64,000 nt of DNA from an uncultured virus (IMG/VR IMGVR_UViG_3300020048_000095) (IMGVR_UViG_3300020048_000095); one strand, 5' to 3'. Numbered from the stretch's first letter, positions 1 to 9,567 are shown. Program-made: numbers and translations. Notes: generated from the letters alone by a model not told the origin.

Positions 1-2356
1 TATAACCTTCAGATTTATCATCTATATCCTGAGTTGCTAATCCTTCAACACAACAAGTTGTTTCTGCATCTGCTTTTGCCAGCCATATCTTAGGACGATT
101 CCCTTGTCTTCCATCAAAATAAACTGGAGAACCATTGGCGATTGTTGAGCCAGAATTATTGTAAACCTTAATAAATAGTTCTTGACCAATTTGTTGTGTT
201 ACATTATATGGCATACCAAGGTCAAGTGTTCCATCGGTATCATTCCAAGCCAATTGACCTTCTGTAACATTTATATCTGCTTCGGTATTGAATTGAAGAC
301 TATCTGCTGTTAATTGGGCGGCGGATAAATCATGAATTCCTAAATCTACGTCATCGGTAGCTCCGGTATAGGGAACAAATTCATCAGTGCTTGGAGTTAT
401 ACCACTATAACCTGAAATTCCTGAGTAACCACTATAACCAGATATACCAGAAGCACCATTAATACCTGAGTAACCAGAGTGACCTGACAAACCATCTATG
501 CCAGAATAGCCAGATATACCACTAATTCCTGAATAACCCGAAATACCACTGTAACCCGATATTCCGTCTATACCATTATAACCAGATATACCAGAATAAC
601 CACTTGTTCCACTATAGCCAGAAATACCATCTATGCCAGAATATCCAGATGTACCAACTGCTCCTGAATATCCTGATGTACCACTATAACCACTTATCCC
701 GTCTACACCACTATAACCAGATGTACCAGAGTAACCGCTATATCCAGAAACACCGTCCATACCTGAATGACCACTTATTCCACTATATCCAGAAGATCCA
801 AATGCTCCTGAATAACCTGATAAACCACTATAACCTGATATACCAATTATACCCGAGTAGCCGCTCGTACCACTATATCCCGATATGCCGCTATAACCTG
901 AAGTTCCTAAGTAACCACTATAGCCAGAAATTCCTGAGTAGCCAGAAATTCCACTATATCCCGATATTCCTGAATAGCCACTGACTCCAGAGTAGCCACT
1001 ATAACCAGATGTACCAGAGTAACCAGAAATACCGGAGTGTCCTGAAATACCACTATATCCGCTATGTCCAGAATATCCAGAAACACCTGAATGCCCAGAA
1101 ATTCCGTCTATACCTGAATAACCACTATAACCTGACATTCCATCAATTCCAGAATATCCTGAAATTCCACTATGCCCACTTGCTCCATATGCTCCAGAAT
1201 AACCTGATATGCCGCTATATCCTGAAGCCCCATCTATTCCTGAATAACCACTGTATCCACTAATTCCACTATAACCAGATGTTCCTGAGTAACCACTTGC
1301 ACCAGAATAACCACTATAACCAGAGGTTCCACTTATCCCATTTACCCCCGAATACCCACTTATACCGTTAATGCCAGAGTATCCACTAATTCCCGAAAGT
1401 CCATCAACTCCAGAATATCCACTAATGCCGCTATACCCAGAAATCCCACTATGTCCCGATATTCCATTTGTCCCAGAATAGCCACTTATTCCAGATATTC
1501 CATTTGTCCCAGAATAGCCACTTATTCCATCAACGCCTGAGTATCCTGAAAGACCATCTATTCCTGAATACCCAGAGATGCCACTATAGCCGCTTATTCC
1601 CGAATAACCTGATATACCAATTATTCCATCTATACCAGAGTAACCACTAATTCCATTGATTCCTGAGTAACCACTAATGCCAGAATAACCTGAATAACCG
1701 CTGTAGCCAGAGATGCCTGATGCACCATTTATACCACTATGTCCACTTGTACCTGAATAACCTGATATTCCACTATATCCTGAATAGCCAATTATGCCAG
1801 AATATCCTGACATACCACTATAACCTGAGTAACCAGATGTTCCTGAGACTCCATTTATGCCCGAATAACCACTTATGCCCGAATAACCTGATATACCAAT
1901 TATTCCGTCTCTACCAGAATATCCTGAATAACCGCTATAACCTGAACGGCCTGAATAGCCACTATAACCGCTTATTCCGCCACCACCACCGCCACCCAAA
2001 TTTGCGTCTATTATATCAAGGTTAGCATTATACTTCCTAAATGCATCTTGAGGGTAATCAGAACGATTCAAAATCTCTACTTTTGTCAAATTATAATTAG
2101 CCGTATTTGATTCTTGCTCAGATATCTCTTCCTCAAAAACAACCTGCCCACTATAATCAGAAATTGTTATCCACCCGAACTTTAACGCCTTCTGGATATT
2201 TATCAATGTATAATATTTATCATCTACAACTATACTTTCACTAACACTAATCGACGCACGAAAAGGCTCACGCTCAATCGGATTATCTTCATGCAATCTT
2301 TCAAGCGCACTTAAATCTATCCTGCCCGGAATTGTGGATGTTGCCGTTATTCTCAT
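1..2356 (-). CDS. Gly-X-Ser (collagen-like) repeat fibre protein, runs off the window end (>=785 aa)
   Basis: Not in the ORF track because it is truncated. ATG at 2356 (MRITATSTIPGRIDL...); the start and window-end portions I translated share one frame. About 400-1985 encodes GYS/GIS/GHS/GTS/GID triplets, followed by FVPYTGATDDVDLG and GQLAWNDTDGTLDLG...QQIGQE...NNSGSTIANGSPVY, typical of phage fibre domains. Confidence 0.8.
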   Translation of the reverse strand, partial: MRITATSTIPGRIDLSALERLHEDNPIEREPFRASISVSESIVVDDKYYTLINIQKALKFGWITISDYSGQVVFEEEISEQESNTANYNLTKVEILNRSDYPQDAFRKYNANLDIIDANLGGGGGGGISGYSGYSGRSGYSGYSGYSGRDGIIGISGYSGISGYSGINGVSGTSGYSGYSGMSGYSGIIGYSGYSGISGYSGTSGHSGINGASGISGYSGYSGYSGISGYSGINGISGYSGIDGIIGISGYSGISGYSGISGYSGIDGLSGYSGVDGISGYSGTNGISGISGYSGTNGISGHSGISGYSGISGYSGVDGLSGISGYSGINGISGYSGVNGISGTSGYSGYSGASGYSGTSGYSGISGYSGYSGIDGASGYSGISGYSGAYGASGHSGISGYSGIDGMSGYSGYSGIDGISGHSGVSGYSGHSGYSGISGHSGISGYSGTSGYSGYSGVSGYSGISGYSGISGYSGISGYSGYLGTSGYSGISGYSGTSGYSGIIGISGYSGLSGYSGAFGSSGYSGISGHSGMDGVSGYSGYSGTSGYSGVDGISGYSGTSGYSGAVGTSGYSGIDGISGYSGTSGYSGISGYNGIDGISGYSGISGYSGISGISGYSGIDGLSGHSGYSGINGASGISGYSGYSGISGYSGITPSTDEFVPYTGATDDVDLGIHDLSAAQLTADSLQFNTEADINVTEGQLAWNDTDGTLDLGMPYNVTQQIGQELFIKVYNNSGSTIANGSPVYFDGRQGNRPKIWLAKADAETTCCVEGLATQDIDDKSEGY
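400..1985 (-). repeat. 9-bp-period coding repeat (Gly-X-Ser triplets, roughly 175 units)
   Basis: Recurring accactata/accagaata/tccagatat units on the + strand; Gly at every third codon on the - strand. Confidence 0.9.
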
Positions 2357-2359
2357 TTT

Positions 2360-3010
2360 TTATCTTGATACAGTAGTTCCAACAGAATCGTCTTTGAATT
2401 CTATTTCTGATATCACTCCGTCCAATATCGTTTTAGCCTGAGCAAAAATGCCAGAAACATCCATCACCTCTTCGTAATAACGATTCTTAAGGGCATTAAA
2501 TTTTTTAACAATCTCATCATATGCATCTTCTGCGGAAGCTTCTCTTTCCATCGTATAGAAATAATTACGCTTTATCAAATAACGCCCTAAATAAGCATCT
2601 CTCGCATAACAACTCACCATAAAGACTTGCTTCCCATTATGCTTTATAGCGTCCTTGGAAACATCTATTTGATAATGAGAATCCTTTATACGCTTAGACG
2701 CTATCTTTATCTCAGAAGATTTTGAATCTGAACTTATTTCACCATTTTTTACGTTAGATGCCGTTAACTTAGCAACCACTTCCTTTACATCATTTTCGCC
2801 AGATGATATTTTTAAATTCAACGTAGATAGCATATTCGCAAATAAAGTAACTAAAGTATTAATATCAACTGAATTAGAAGACGCACACCTTGTCATTTTA
2901 TCTGATTTTCCATTTTCAATTACATCAAGCACTTTATTGATTTTCTGTTCAGCTTGATATTTTAAAAGCGGAATTTCATTAATTGAACTGTTTTTTATTA
3001 AATAAGCCAT
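2360..3010 (-). CDS. hypothetical protein
   Basis: 216-aa ORF abutting the fibre gene, preceded by the AAGG-N19-GAAT motif (3045-3071). Confidence 0.7.
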   Translation of the reverse strand: MAYLIKNSSINEIPLLKYQAEQKINKVLDVIENGKSDKMTRCASSNSVDINTLVTLFANMLSTLNLKISSGENDVKEVVAKLTASNVKNGEISSDSKSSEIKIASKRIKDSHYQIDVSKDAIKHNGKQVFMVSCYARDAYLGRYLIKRNYFYTMEREASAEDAYDEIVKKFNALKNRYYEEVMDVSGIFAQAKTILDGVISEIEFKDDSVGTTVSR

Positions 3011-3136
3011 GATTTTACCTTTTTGTTGTTGCTTTCAATTATTAATTCAAAAATATTTAAAGATTTCCCTTTTCACAATATATATTATACTTGTTTTTCA
3101 TAACTTAAAATGTATAATAATCAGAAAGGAAATTAT

Positions 3137-3616
3137 ATGAGCGCATGGATAGAAGGAAAATTAGATCTAAAATGCAGTTTGGACATACTTGAAAAAGCCA
3201 TTCTAGAAATACAACCACAATGGGAAAATCATCTAATTGTAGATCCAGAAGGCAATATACCAATGTACCGATATAATAAAGAACGAGCATATCACGGACA
3301 AGGCGGGAATCAAACCGTACATCTATTGATTCCTGGTTCTGGTCATCCAAACACACCAACTCCACCGTTAAGACGTTCTCATAACGATTGGGGATTTAAA
3401 CGAACAGAAGACGGCAAATGGGAAGTAATATTCGCCGATTTTGGACTCGAAGAAGCAAAAAAACTAGAAACTCAAATAAAAAGCGAAGTTGCTCTTATGA
3501 AAGCTAAAGCAATCGCAAAACTAAGAGGATTCGAAATTTTATCCCAAGAGGAAAATAGCGAAGAAAAATATATAGACATAAGAGTTGACACATCAAATTA
3601 CCAATCAATTCTTTGA
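3137..3616 (+). CDS. DUF1257/Ycf35-like protein
   Basis: Likely start ATG 3137 after AAAGGA. NDWGFKRTEDGKWEVIFADF and AKLRGFEILSQEE match the DUF1257 pattern (D-x-GF...G-x-Y/W-E-x-I-x-D; GF...EE). Confidence 0.6.
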   Translation: MSAWIEGKLDLKCSLDILEKAILEIQPQWENHLIVDPEGNIPMYRYNKERAYHGQGGNQTVHLLIPGSGHPNTPTPPLRRSHNDWGFKRTEDGKWEVIFADFGLEEAKKLETQIKSEVALMKAKAIAKLRGFEILSQEENSEEKYIDIRVDTSNYQSIL

Positions 3617-3627
3617 AAGGACATAAA

Positions 3628-4371
3628 ATGAGATACTTCGGAGGAAAAACCAGAATTTGCAAAGACGTAGCAAAAATAATCGAATCCGTCCGCGAACCAA
3701 ATCAAACATTCCTATCTGTATTCACTGGCGGCGGATGGGTAGAAAGCCTAATCCAAAATAAAAAAATATGTTGCGATAAACACAAATACCTAATCGCAAT
3801 GTACCAAGCGCTTCAAAATGGATGGGAACCGCCAAGTCAATTATCAAACGAAGAGTATCAACATATAAAGAGATATAAAGACGAAAATCCCGCTCTAACT
3901 GGTTTTGTAGGTTTCGGATGTAGTTTCGCAGGTAAATGGTTCGGCGGATATGCAAAAGACAGCACTAACAGAAATTATTGTCTAAATGCTAAAAATTCAA
4001 TTCTAAAGAAAATGAATGGATTTAAAAATACAACATTCCAATGTATTGATTACAGAGACCTAAGCCCAATTAATTCCATTATTTATTGCGACCCTCCATA
4101 TAAAGGGACTACTCAATATGACACAGATGAAGTTGGAAAATTTAATCACGATGAATTCTGGACTATAATCCGAAAATGGGGCGAATATAATACCGTAATA
4201 ATTTCTGAATATGATGCTCCCAATGATATAGAATGCATATGGAAAAGAAACGTTAGATTAGATATAAGAGATAAAAACAACCAAAAGAAAAATAGAATAG
4301 AAAAATTATTCGGATTAAATGTCGATAAATCTAAAATTGCCAATAACAATTTGATTTCTATATTTGCTTGA
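3628..4371 (+). CDS. DNA adenine (N6) methyltransferase, Dam-like
   Basis: MRYFGGK start, F-T-G-G-G SAM-binding motif, catalytic YCDPPY. Confidence 0.9.
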   Translation: MRYFGGKTRICKDVAKIIESVREPNQTFLSVFTGGGWVESLIQNKKICCDKHKYLIAMYQALQNGWEPPSQLSNEEYQHIKRYKDENPALTGFVGFGCSFAGKWFGGYAKDSTNRNYCLNAKNSILKKMNGFKNTTFQCIDYRDLSPINSIIYCDPPYKGTTQYDTDEVGKFNHDEFWTIIRKWGEYNTVIISEYDAPNDIECIWKRNVRLDIRDKNNQKKNRIEKLFGLNVDKSKIANNNLISIFA

Positions 4372-4870
4372 TAGCCCGAATCGCCTTAAACTCTGATGGA
4401 GCTTTATCTTCTGTTAAATCGTCAAATTCACCAGACAATACTTTTTTTAACAAATCGGCATCATTCATTATATATCTATATTTTTCGTGCCATGGTTCAT
4501 GAACAGCTAAAATCTCTTCCGGACGAATATCACGATAAAATCCCACATGATGATTGCCTTTCATCCATTCTTCAGTACTTTGACCTTTATTAGGACGCTC
4601 TAAAGACATTGGCTCATCCACCGAAACATGAAACTCAACAATATTCTTTATGGACGGATCTGGCGGTTGAGACGAAGCCCAAATCATATTAGGCTCTCCA
4701 TAAGTTTCCCCTTTAGCGTGTGACATCATCAATCCTTCATGACGCACATCTTCTGGATTGCCTCTAGTGTAATGATATAAACGAATATGATTAGATGGAA
4801 TTGGTATAACCCCTATCCCATCAGGCACTCTTTCAACTGGTGTAACTTGAGATATTCTATAAATTTTCAC
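4358..4870 (-). CDS. MKIYR-leader protein, ADP-ribosyltransferase-like fold
   Basis: MKIYRISQ leader; RLYHYT...GL...IWAS...IVEF pattern resembling ART strands. Confidence 0.5.
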   Translation of the reverse strand: MKIYRISQVTPVERVPDGIGVIPIPSNHIRLYHYTRGNPEDVRHEGLMMSHAKGETYGEPNMIWASSQPPDPSIKNIVEFHVSVDEPMSLERPNKGQSTEEWMKGNHHVGFYRDIRPEEILAVHEPWHEKYRYIMNDADLLKKVLSGEFDDLTEDKAPSEFKAIRAIKQI

Positions 4871-4871
4871 A

Positions 4872-5099
4872 TTATTCCTTGTTCATCGCCAAATCATAAA
4901 CTTTCCGCCAACCTTCAGACAACGCATATTCCGCTTCTTCCTTGTCAACGCTTTGAAGCCACATTATCATGCTCTCCCTAGCAATATCAATCTCTTCGGA
5001 ACGAACCACACGATTTAACCAATCTACCATCGATTTCAACATAAAATCATCTACAATATATCTACTCTGACTCGTTTTATACATCTTATACCAATTCAT
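4872..5099 (-). CDS. NWYK-leader small protein
   Basis: Probable start ATG 5099 (MNWYKMYKTSQ) after GGGGATGA; 75 aa. Confidence 0.6.
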   Translation of the reverse strand: MNWYKMYKTSQSRYIVDDFMLKSMVDWLNRVVRSEEIDIARESMIMWLQSVDKEEAEYALSEGWRKVYDLAMNKE

Positions 5100-5110
5100 T
5101 TCATCCCCCA

Positions 5111-5566
5111 TTAATTTAAAGCTACTGATATTTGATCTGGAAATATTGTACCAATATATCTTACCGCCCCAACCGCATTCCAAGAAATTTCCCATTCCGT
5201 CAAAGGTATTCTTCTAACTCCATCCACATGCCATTCAGGATGTTCAATCTCCGCTTTATCCCAAGCCTCATCTCTGTCTGACTCATTTGCCATAACGGGA
5301 GATGTCATTGATGCCGGGTCATATCTTAAATTATTCAAATCTGTTACAATGACATTTAATACAATCGGACTGCCAAAATCATATTGAACTCGATTATCAT
5401 AAGAAATTTTTTGATAAGAAAGTTTTTCCGAATAATACCTTGCAAGCTCATATGTCTTTGCCAAAAAAGGGTTAACCAATCCTTTTTCTTTAATAATATC
5501 ATAATAGCGCGAACATGTTCCATGATATGCCGTAATAACTTGTTGAGATATTCTATATATTTTCAT
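5111..5566 (-). CDS. MKIYR-leader protein, ADP-ribosyltransferase-like fold
   Basis: MKIYRISQQ, then AYHGT...IKEKGL..PFLA....ARYY, an HGT-type ART signature. Confidence 0.55.
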   Translation of the reverse strand: MKIYRISQQVITAYHGTCSRYYDIIKEKGLVNPFLAKTYELARYYSEKLSYQKISYDNRVQYDFGSPIVLNVIVTDLNNLRYDPASMTSPVMANESDRDEAWDKAEIEHPEWHVDGVRRIPLTEWEISWNAVGAVRYIGTIFPDQISVALN

Positions 5567-5570
5567 TATA

Positions 5571-6137
5571 TTAATTCATCCTCGGATCAAACGCTTTAAC
5601 ATTCCCGTACTCATCCCACCCAATGTTGCCGGGGTTTAATACATCTGCAAAACAATAATTCATAACGTCACTATAATAATCTTCAAACTTCTGGAAAAAC
5701 GCCATATCGTCTGCATATTCTTCAGTAACTTTATCAACAGTCCCATCGAATTCATCTGTAAACAACATGAAAAGATTCTGCTCTTCTTCACTTAACTTTT
5801 TCAGACGCTCTTTAACAATAACATATAATCCAAGACCTTCTTCAATTTCATACGCCTCATAAACTCTTGCAAATGGCGCATGAACTTGCCAATTATCACC
5901 AATCAAACTTTTTGCCAATTCAAATTCCTGCACATCAGTTGTTATTTTTACAACTTTGTTATCAAATGTAGAATACGCAACGCCAAACATGCCACTTCCA
6001 AGATTTGATTTTAAACCATATTTTTCGTCCAACTCTTGAATGTGATAGTCCTGCAAACTATAATCCACTTTTCTTTCCCCTTCTTCTACAGGAATGTCGT
6101 CAAATGGCAATGGAGAAGCTAGTCTATATATTTTCAT
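5571..6137 (-). CDS. MKIYR-leader protein-kinase-like protein
   Basis: Gly loop LGSGMFGVAY, VVKIT lysine, DVLNPGNIG catalytic loop, AFDP. Confidence 0.75.
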   Translation of the reverse strand: MKIYRLASPLPFDDIPVEEGERKVDYSLQDYHIQELDEKYGLKSNLGSGMFGVAYSTFDNKVVKITTDVQEFELAKSLIGDNWQVHAPFARVYEAYEIEEGLGLYVIVKERLKKLSEEEQNLFMLFTDEFDGTVDKVTEEYADDMAFFQKFEDYYSDVMNYCFADVLNPGNIGWDEYGNVKAFDPRMN

Positions 6138-6199
6138 ACTATATTATTCAATGGAAATATAAAAATACCTATAATTATTTTTCAAAACGAATTATTGTT

Positions 6200-6775
6200 T
6201 TAATATCTAATATCACCAATACTAGCATCAAATCGTTTAGATAGAGGAATTGGTTGTCCTTGGTCGTCTCTGGTCACTGGATCGGCGGATTTTATCTGGG
6301 ATGAGCTGAAGACTACATGTTCAGAATCCCCAACCTGGATAGCATCGTGTCCCATTCCTTGAACGTATTCACTGATGGTCTTATTCGCTTTTTTCCGGTC
6401 TTCCTCAAGCTGCAACGTGTATTTAATTGGGTTTTGGATATTCAGGAAATTCCCGGTCATCTTTTTTCCATGCTGCTGTGCAAACATAGGCCGGGTTGCA
6501 AAGTAAAAACCTTCCCCATAATGTGGTGTGTAATTTTGTCCTATCCGATTTTTATCGAACACGGTGAAATCTGAATCAGTAGCATGATACACCGGACCAA
6601 CATTATACCCCGCCTCCTTCGCAGCCGCATCCACCATTCTTTGTGCCGTCTCCATATCTCCACTTTCAATTGATTTTAAATACTCATCAGAATCTCCACT
6701 TCCAATGAGTTTAAAATCCTCATCCACTGGAATATCATCAAGGGGCAATGGCAAAGCTAGTCTATATATTTTCAT
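6200..6775 (-). CDS. MKIYR-leader ADP-ribosyltransferase of the polyvalent-protein type
   Basis: GDMETAQRMVDAAAKEAGY, VYHAT...F..FD, YGEGFYF, EHVVF...QIKSADPVT...IPLSKRF; the body looks GC-richer than its flanks. Confidence 0.7.
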   Translation of the reverse strand: MKIYRLALPLPLDDIPVDEDFKLIGSGDSDEYLKSIESGDMETAQRMVDAAAKEAGYNVGPVYHATDSDFTVFDKNRIGQNYTPHYGEGFYFATRPMFAQQHGKKMTGNFLNIQNPIKYTLQLEEDRKKANKTISEYVQGMGHDAIQVGDSEHVVFSSSQIKSADPVTRDDQGQPIPLSKRFDASIGDIRY

Positions 6776-7386
6776 GCTAACATATTTCGCAATTTGTCAG
6801 CCTGATCCCTTGTGAATAACAACATTCTCCCGCCGGGACTCTTTATGCAATCAATTTTTCCAGTTTTATAATAATATTGCGCTCTCCATTTTTCTTTGTC
6901 ACTAGTTACTATCTCTGACAAACGAATTAATTTAAGCCATTCTGGAACAGCAAATTTATGATCATAACAAGCAATAGGCGACTTCCACCCAATGAAATTA
7001 AAGAAATCTTTTATCGATTCTGCATGAATATAAATATCATTTTTGCTATTATTTGCATCACATTCAATGTTATGCAATTTTAATTTAGGAATAATAATCT
7101 CGTTCAAATCTTTCTTGTCAAATGCACATGTAGCCAATCTTAATAAAGACATGTTCCCGTTTGGTTCATAATGAAAACTGCCATCACCAAGATACCATAA
7201 CATACACGAAATTGGGGTTATTCGAACATCTGATGGTATCTTTTTAGTTTGATTTAATCCACTATACCATCTAACCGCTTGAGAATTAATATCTGGATGC
7301 ATTAATGTTTGCGCCATCCATATAGGATTAGGACATCTTTCCGTAATTTTCCCATACTGTGCTGGCTCTCTTGGAGAATAATTTAC
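6772..7386 (-). pseudogene. 3' part of a LAGLIDADG homing-endonuclease gene interrupted by IS200/IS605
   Basis: The frame is open upstream of the tracked ATG (VNYSPREP...W-MAQTLMHP...RWY...KKIP...TPISCMLWYLGDGS...LRLATCAF); the 5' part is at 9320-9466. Confidence 0.75.
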
Positions 7387-7548
7387 GAAAAGTGAGCGGG
7401 AAGGCTCACGACTTCAGTCGTGGGATGAAAGCGAACGAATACCCATCAACTCTATAAAACATATTATACCTAAACCTATAAAAATAAAAAGAAAAATATT
7501 TTAAAATAAATAAAGGAATTATACACTTATTTTTTGTATAATACCAAT

Positions 7549-7947
7549 ATGCATAAAATATGGACACATTCTAATAAAGCAGTTTTCAATATCGGATACC
7601 ATCTAATCTGGTGTACCAAATATAGAAAACCAATGTTGAAACTAGATATAGAAAAAAGACTTAAATTTCTTTTGCTTGAAAAAGCAAAAGAAATGGATGT
7701 CGGCATAGAACAAATGGAAATCATGCCAGACCACGTTCACCTTTTCGTAAAGTGCTCTCCGGTAGATTCCCCTCACTTTATTGTTCAACAATTCAAAGGT
7801 TATACTTCTCGTTTAATGAGAAAAGAGTTTTCAGAACTTAGAACCAGAGTCCCAACTTTGTGGACTAGAAGTTATTATTGTGAATCAATTGGACATATTA
7901 GCGAACAAACAGTTAAACAATATATAGAAGACCAAAAGAATAAATAA
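7549..7947 (+). CDS. tnpA: Y1 (HUH) transposase
   Basis: YHLIWCTKYR, MPDHVHLF (HUH), LWTRSYY, catalytic Tyr in VKQYIEDQ. Confidence 0.95.
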   Translation: MHKIWTHSNKAVFNIGYHLIWCTKYRKPMLKLDIEKRLKFLLLEKAKEMDVGIEQMEIMPDHVHLFVKCSPVDSPHFIVQQFKGYTSRLMRKEFSELRTRVPTLWTRSYYCESIGHISEQTVKQYIEDQKNK

Positions 7948-9284
7948 TGGAAATTATTCATACATATAAGCAACCTTTTAAACCCGATTCTTTGACATTT
8001 GAAATGGCAAAAGAATCGGGTAGAATCTATTCTAAAGCATTAGAGTTGCAAAAAGACCCAAAGTTTAAAGACTTTAAAGATTTAACTAAAGAAATGGAAA
8101 AATATTGCAAAGAAAACACTAAGTATCTTCATAGTCAAAGCGCTCAAGGTTCTTATCAAGATTTCATAACTAACATGAAATCCTACTTTAAAGCTTTACA
8201 ATCTTTCAAAAAGAACCCAAAAGGGTTTTCAGGGAAACCCAAACCACCAAGAAGAATCAAGTTCTTATATAAAATAACTTTTAAAAAAAGTGCAATTAGA
8301 TACAAAGAAGGTTATCTATTGTTGTCAGTGAAAAAACCTCTATTCCCAATTAAAATTAAATGGAACGAAAACCTTCCATTGCCCACTTGGGCAATCATCA
8401 GTTACGATAGATATGAAGGATGGAATGTAAATTTTGTAATGGAAAAACAAACCGAAGATAAACACGAAAAAGTTTTAACCACAAATAATATTTTGTCTGT
8501 TGATTTAGGAGTTAAAAGAGTTGCTACAACGTTCAATAATGTGAATGAAGAAGTTATCACTTATTCTGGTAAAGAGTTAATGTCTTTGACAAGACTTAGA
8601 AACAAAGTAGTTGGAAAAATAAAATCAAAGAAAAGTAAATATAAAAAGAAAAGTAGAAGACATAAGGGAATTTCCAGAGCGCAAAGAAAAATAGTTAAAA
8701 GAATTAAAAACAAACAGAAAGACATTATTCATAAATATAGTAGAAAAATTGTTGATTATTCAGTTTCACTAAATATTGGTAAAGTTATCTTTGGAGATAA
8801 TTCTTCCACCCACGATGAAACAAATTGTGGTAAAAACAATCAAAGTATTCAACAAAATCCTGAACAAAAAGTTAAAAATTATACAAAATACAAATTTGAA
8901 AGTGTAGGGGGAACAGTCGAGACTGTCCCCGAACAATACACCAGCAGAACCTGTCCGCAATGTGGATGCGTAAAGTCTAATTCTCCCAAAGGGAGAATAT
9001 TCATATGTGAGAGTTGCAAATTCACATATGATAGAGATGGAGTGGGTTGTGTTAATATTATGACAAAGAACGAGAAGAATGTATCGTTTAGACAAGCGAA
9101 CGGGGAACCGAGAGCTTGGCTGGACGTAGTTGGTGGTCTGACTCCGCCGAAGGGAGTGAAATATAAAAGTTTTGCTTCTGGATTGTCTCCTAGAGATAGG
9201 ATAATCAATTTTGAGCAATTGAAATTGGTTGGAGGGAATTTGGTTGAAGCGAAGCAATTCGCTGATGCCAAGATTCGTTCCTGA
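7947..9284 (+). CDS. tnpB: RNA-guided endonuclease TnpB
   Basis: RuvC-I VDLGVK, CPQC/CESC zinc finger, RuvC-III DRDGVGCVNI; translationally coupled to tnpA (TAATG). Confidence 0.93.
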   Translation: MEIIHTYKQPFKPDSLTFEMAKESGRIYSKALELQKDPKFKDFKDLTKEMEKYCKENTKYLHSQSAQGSYQDFITNMKSYFKALQSFKKNPKGFSGKPKPPRRIKFLYKITFKKSAIRYKEGYLLLSVKKPLFPIKIKWNENLPLPTWAIISYDRYEGWNVNFVMEKQTEDKHEKVLTTNNILSVDLGVKRVATTFNNVNEEVITYSGKELMSLTRLRNKVVGKIKSKKSKYKKKSRRHKGISRAQRKIVKRIKNKQKDIIHKYSRKIVDYSVSLNIGKVIFGDNSSTHDETNCGKNNQSIQQNPEQKVKNYTKYKFESVGGTVETVPEQYTSRTCPQCGCVKSNSPKGRIFICESCKFTYDRDGVGCVNIMTKNEKNVSFRQANGEPRAWLDVVGGLTPPKGVKYKSFASGLSPRDRIINFEQLKLVGGNLVEAKQFADAKIRS

Positions 9285-9340
9285 AGAGCCTCACGACTTT
9301 AGTCGTGTGAGTATGTCAGTAAATCTTTGTAAATAGTAGC
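9120..9340 (+). ncRNA. putative TnpB omega/reRNA (scaffold over the tnpB 3' end plus flank-derived guide)
   Basis: Expected position for TnpB reRNAs. Local hairpins include AGCGAA-GCAA-TTCGCT, AATCAATTT...AAATTGGTT and the right-end hairpin. The 5' boundary is a guess. Confidence 0.55.
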
Positions 9341-9466
9341 CGGGCTGATAGAAAATCCAAATATTTCGATACTATTCTTTGCCATTTCTGTTGTTGATTT
9401 CTTTTCAATTAAATAACAATTTCTTAATTTTTCTATATATTCTGCCTCATATGTTTTCTTTTTCAT
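9320..9466 (-). pseudogene. 5' part of the interrupted homing-endonuclease gene
   Basis: AAGGAG RBS, ATG 9466, 49 codons MKKKTYE...SPATIYKDL (HTH-like) ending at the IS right end. Confidence 0.7.
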
Positions 9467-9530
9467 TTTTATCTCCTTTTTTGTTACGTCTATATTATAC
9501 AATACAGCCGTGATTTTTCAAGTAAAAAAT

Positions 9531-9567
9531 AAAAAAAAAGAAGCCATGTATTCCTACATGGCTTCTT
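9531..9567 (-). terminator. intrinsic terminator after the major capsid gene
   Basis: Perfect 13-bp stem AAGAAGCCATGTA/TACATGGCTTCTT followed by a U-run on the - strand. Confidence 0.85.

Larger units (their letters stand above)
7387..9319 (+). mobile_element. IS200/IS605-family insertion sequence (tnpA+tnpB)
   Basis: Subterminal hairpins CTCACGACT-TC-AGTCGTGGG (7405-7424) and CTCACGACT-TT-AGTCGTGTGAG (9290-9311). TTAC lies immediately 5' of 7387 and the right end reads ...TATGTCAG. Removing 7387-9319 restores the interrupted frame. Exact ends are uncertain by a few nt. Confidence 0.9.

Noticed and set aside
400..1985. Repeat region as a CRISPR array or satellite
   Set aside because: The period is 9 bp with codon-level variation, with no constant repeat and unique spacers. 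No CRISPR array or cas gene was seen anywhere in the window.
604..2025. Four + strand His/Tyr/Gln-rich ORFs
   Set aside because: Antisense shadows of the Gly-X-Ser repeat gene on the - strand.
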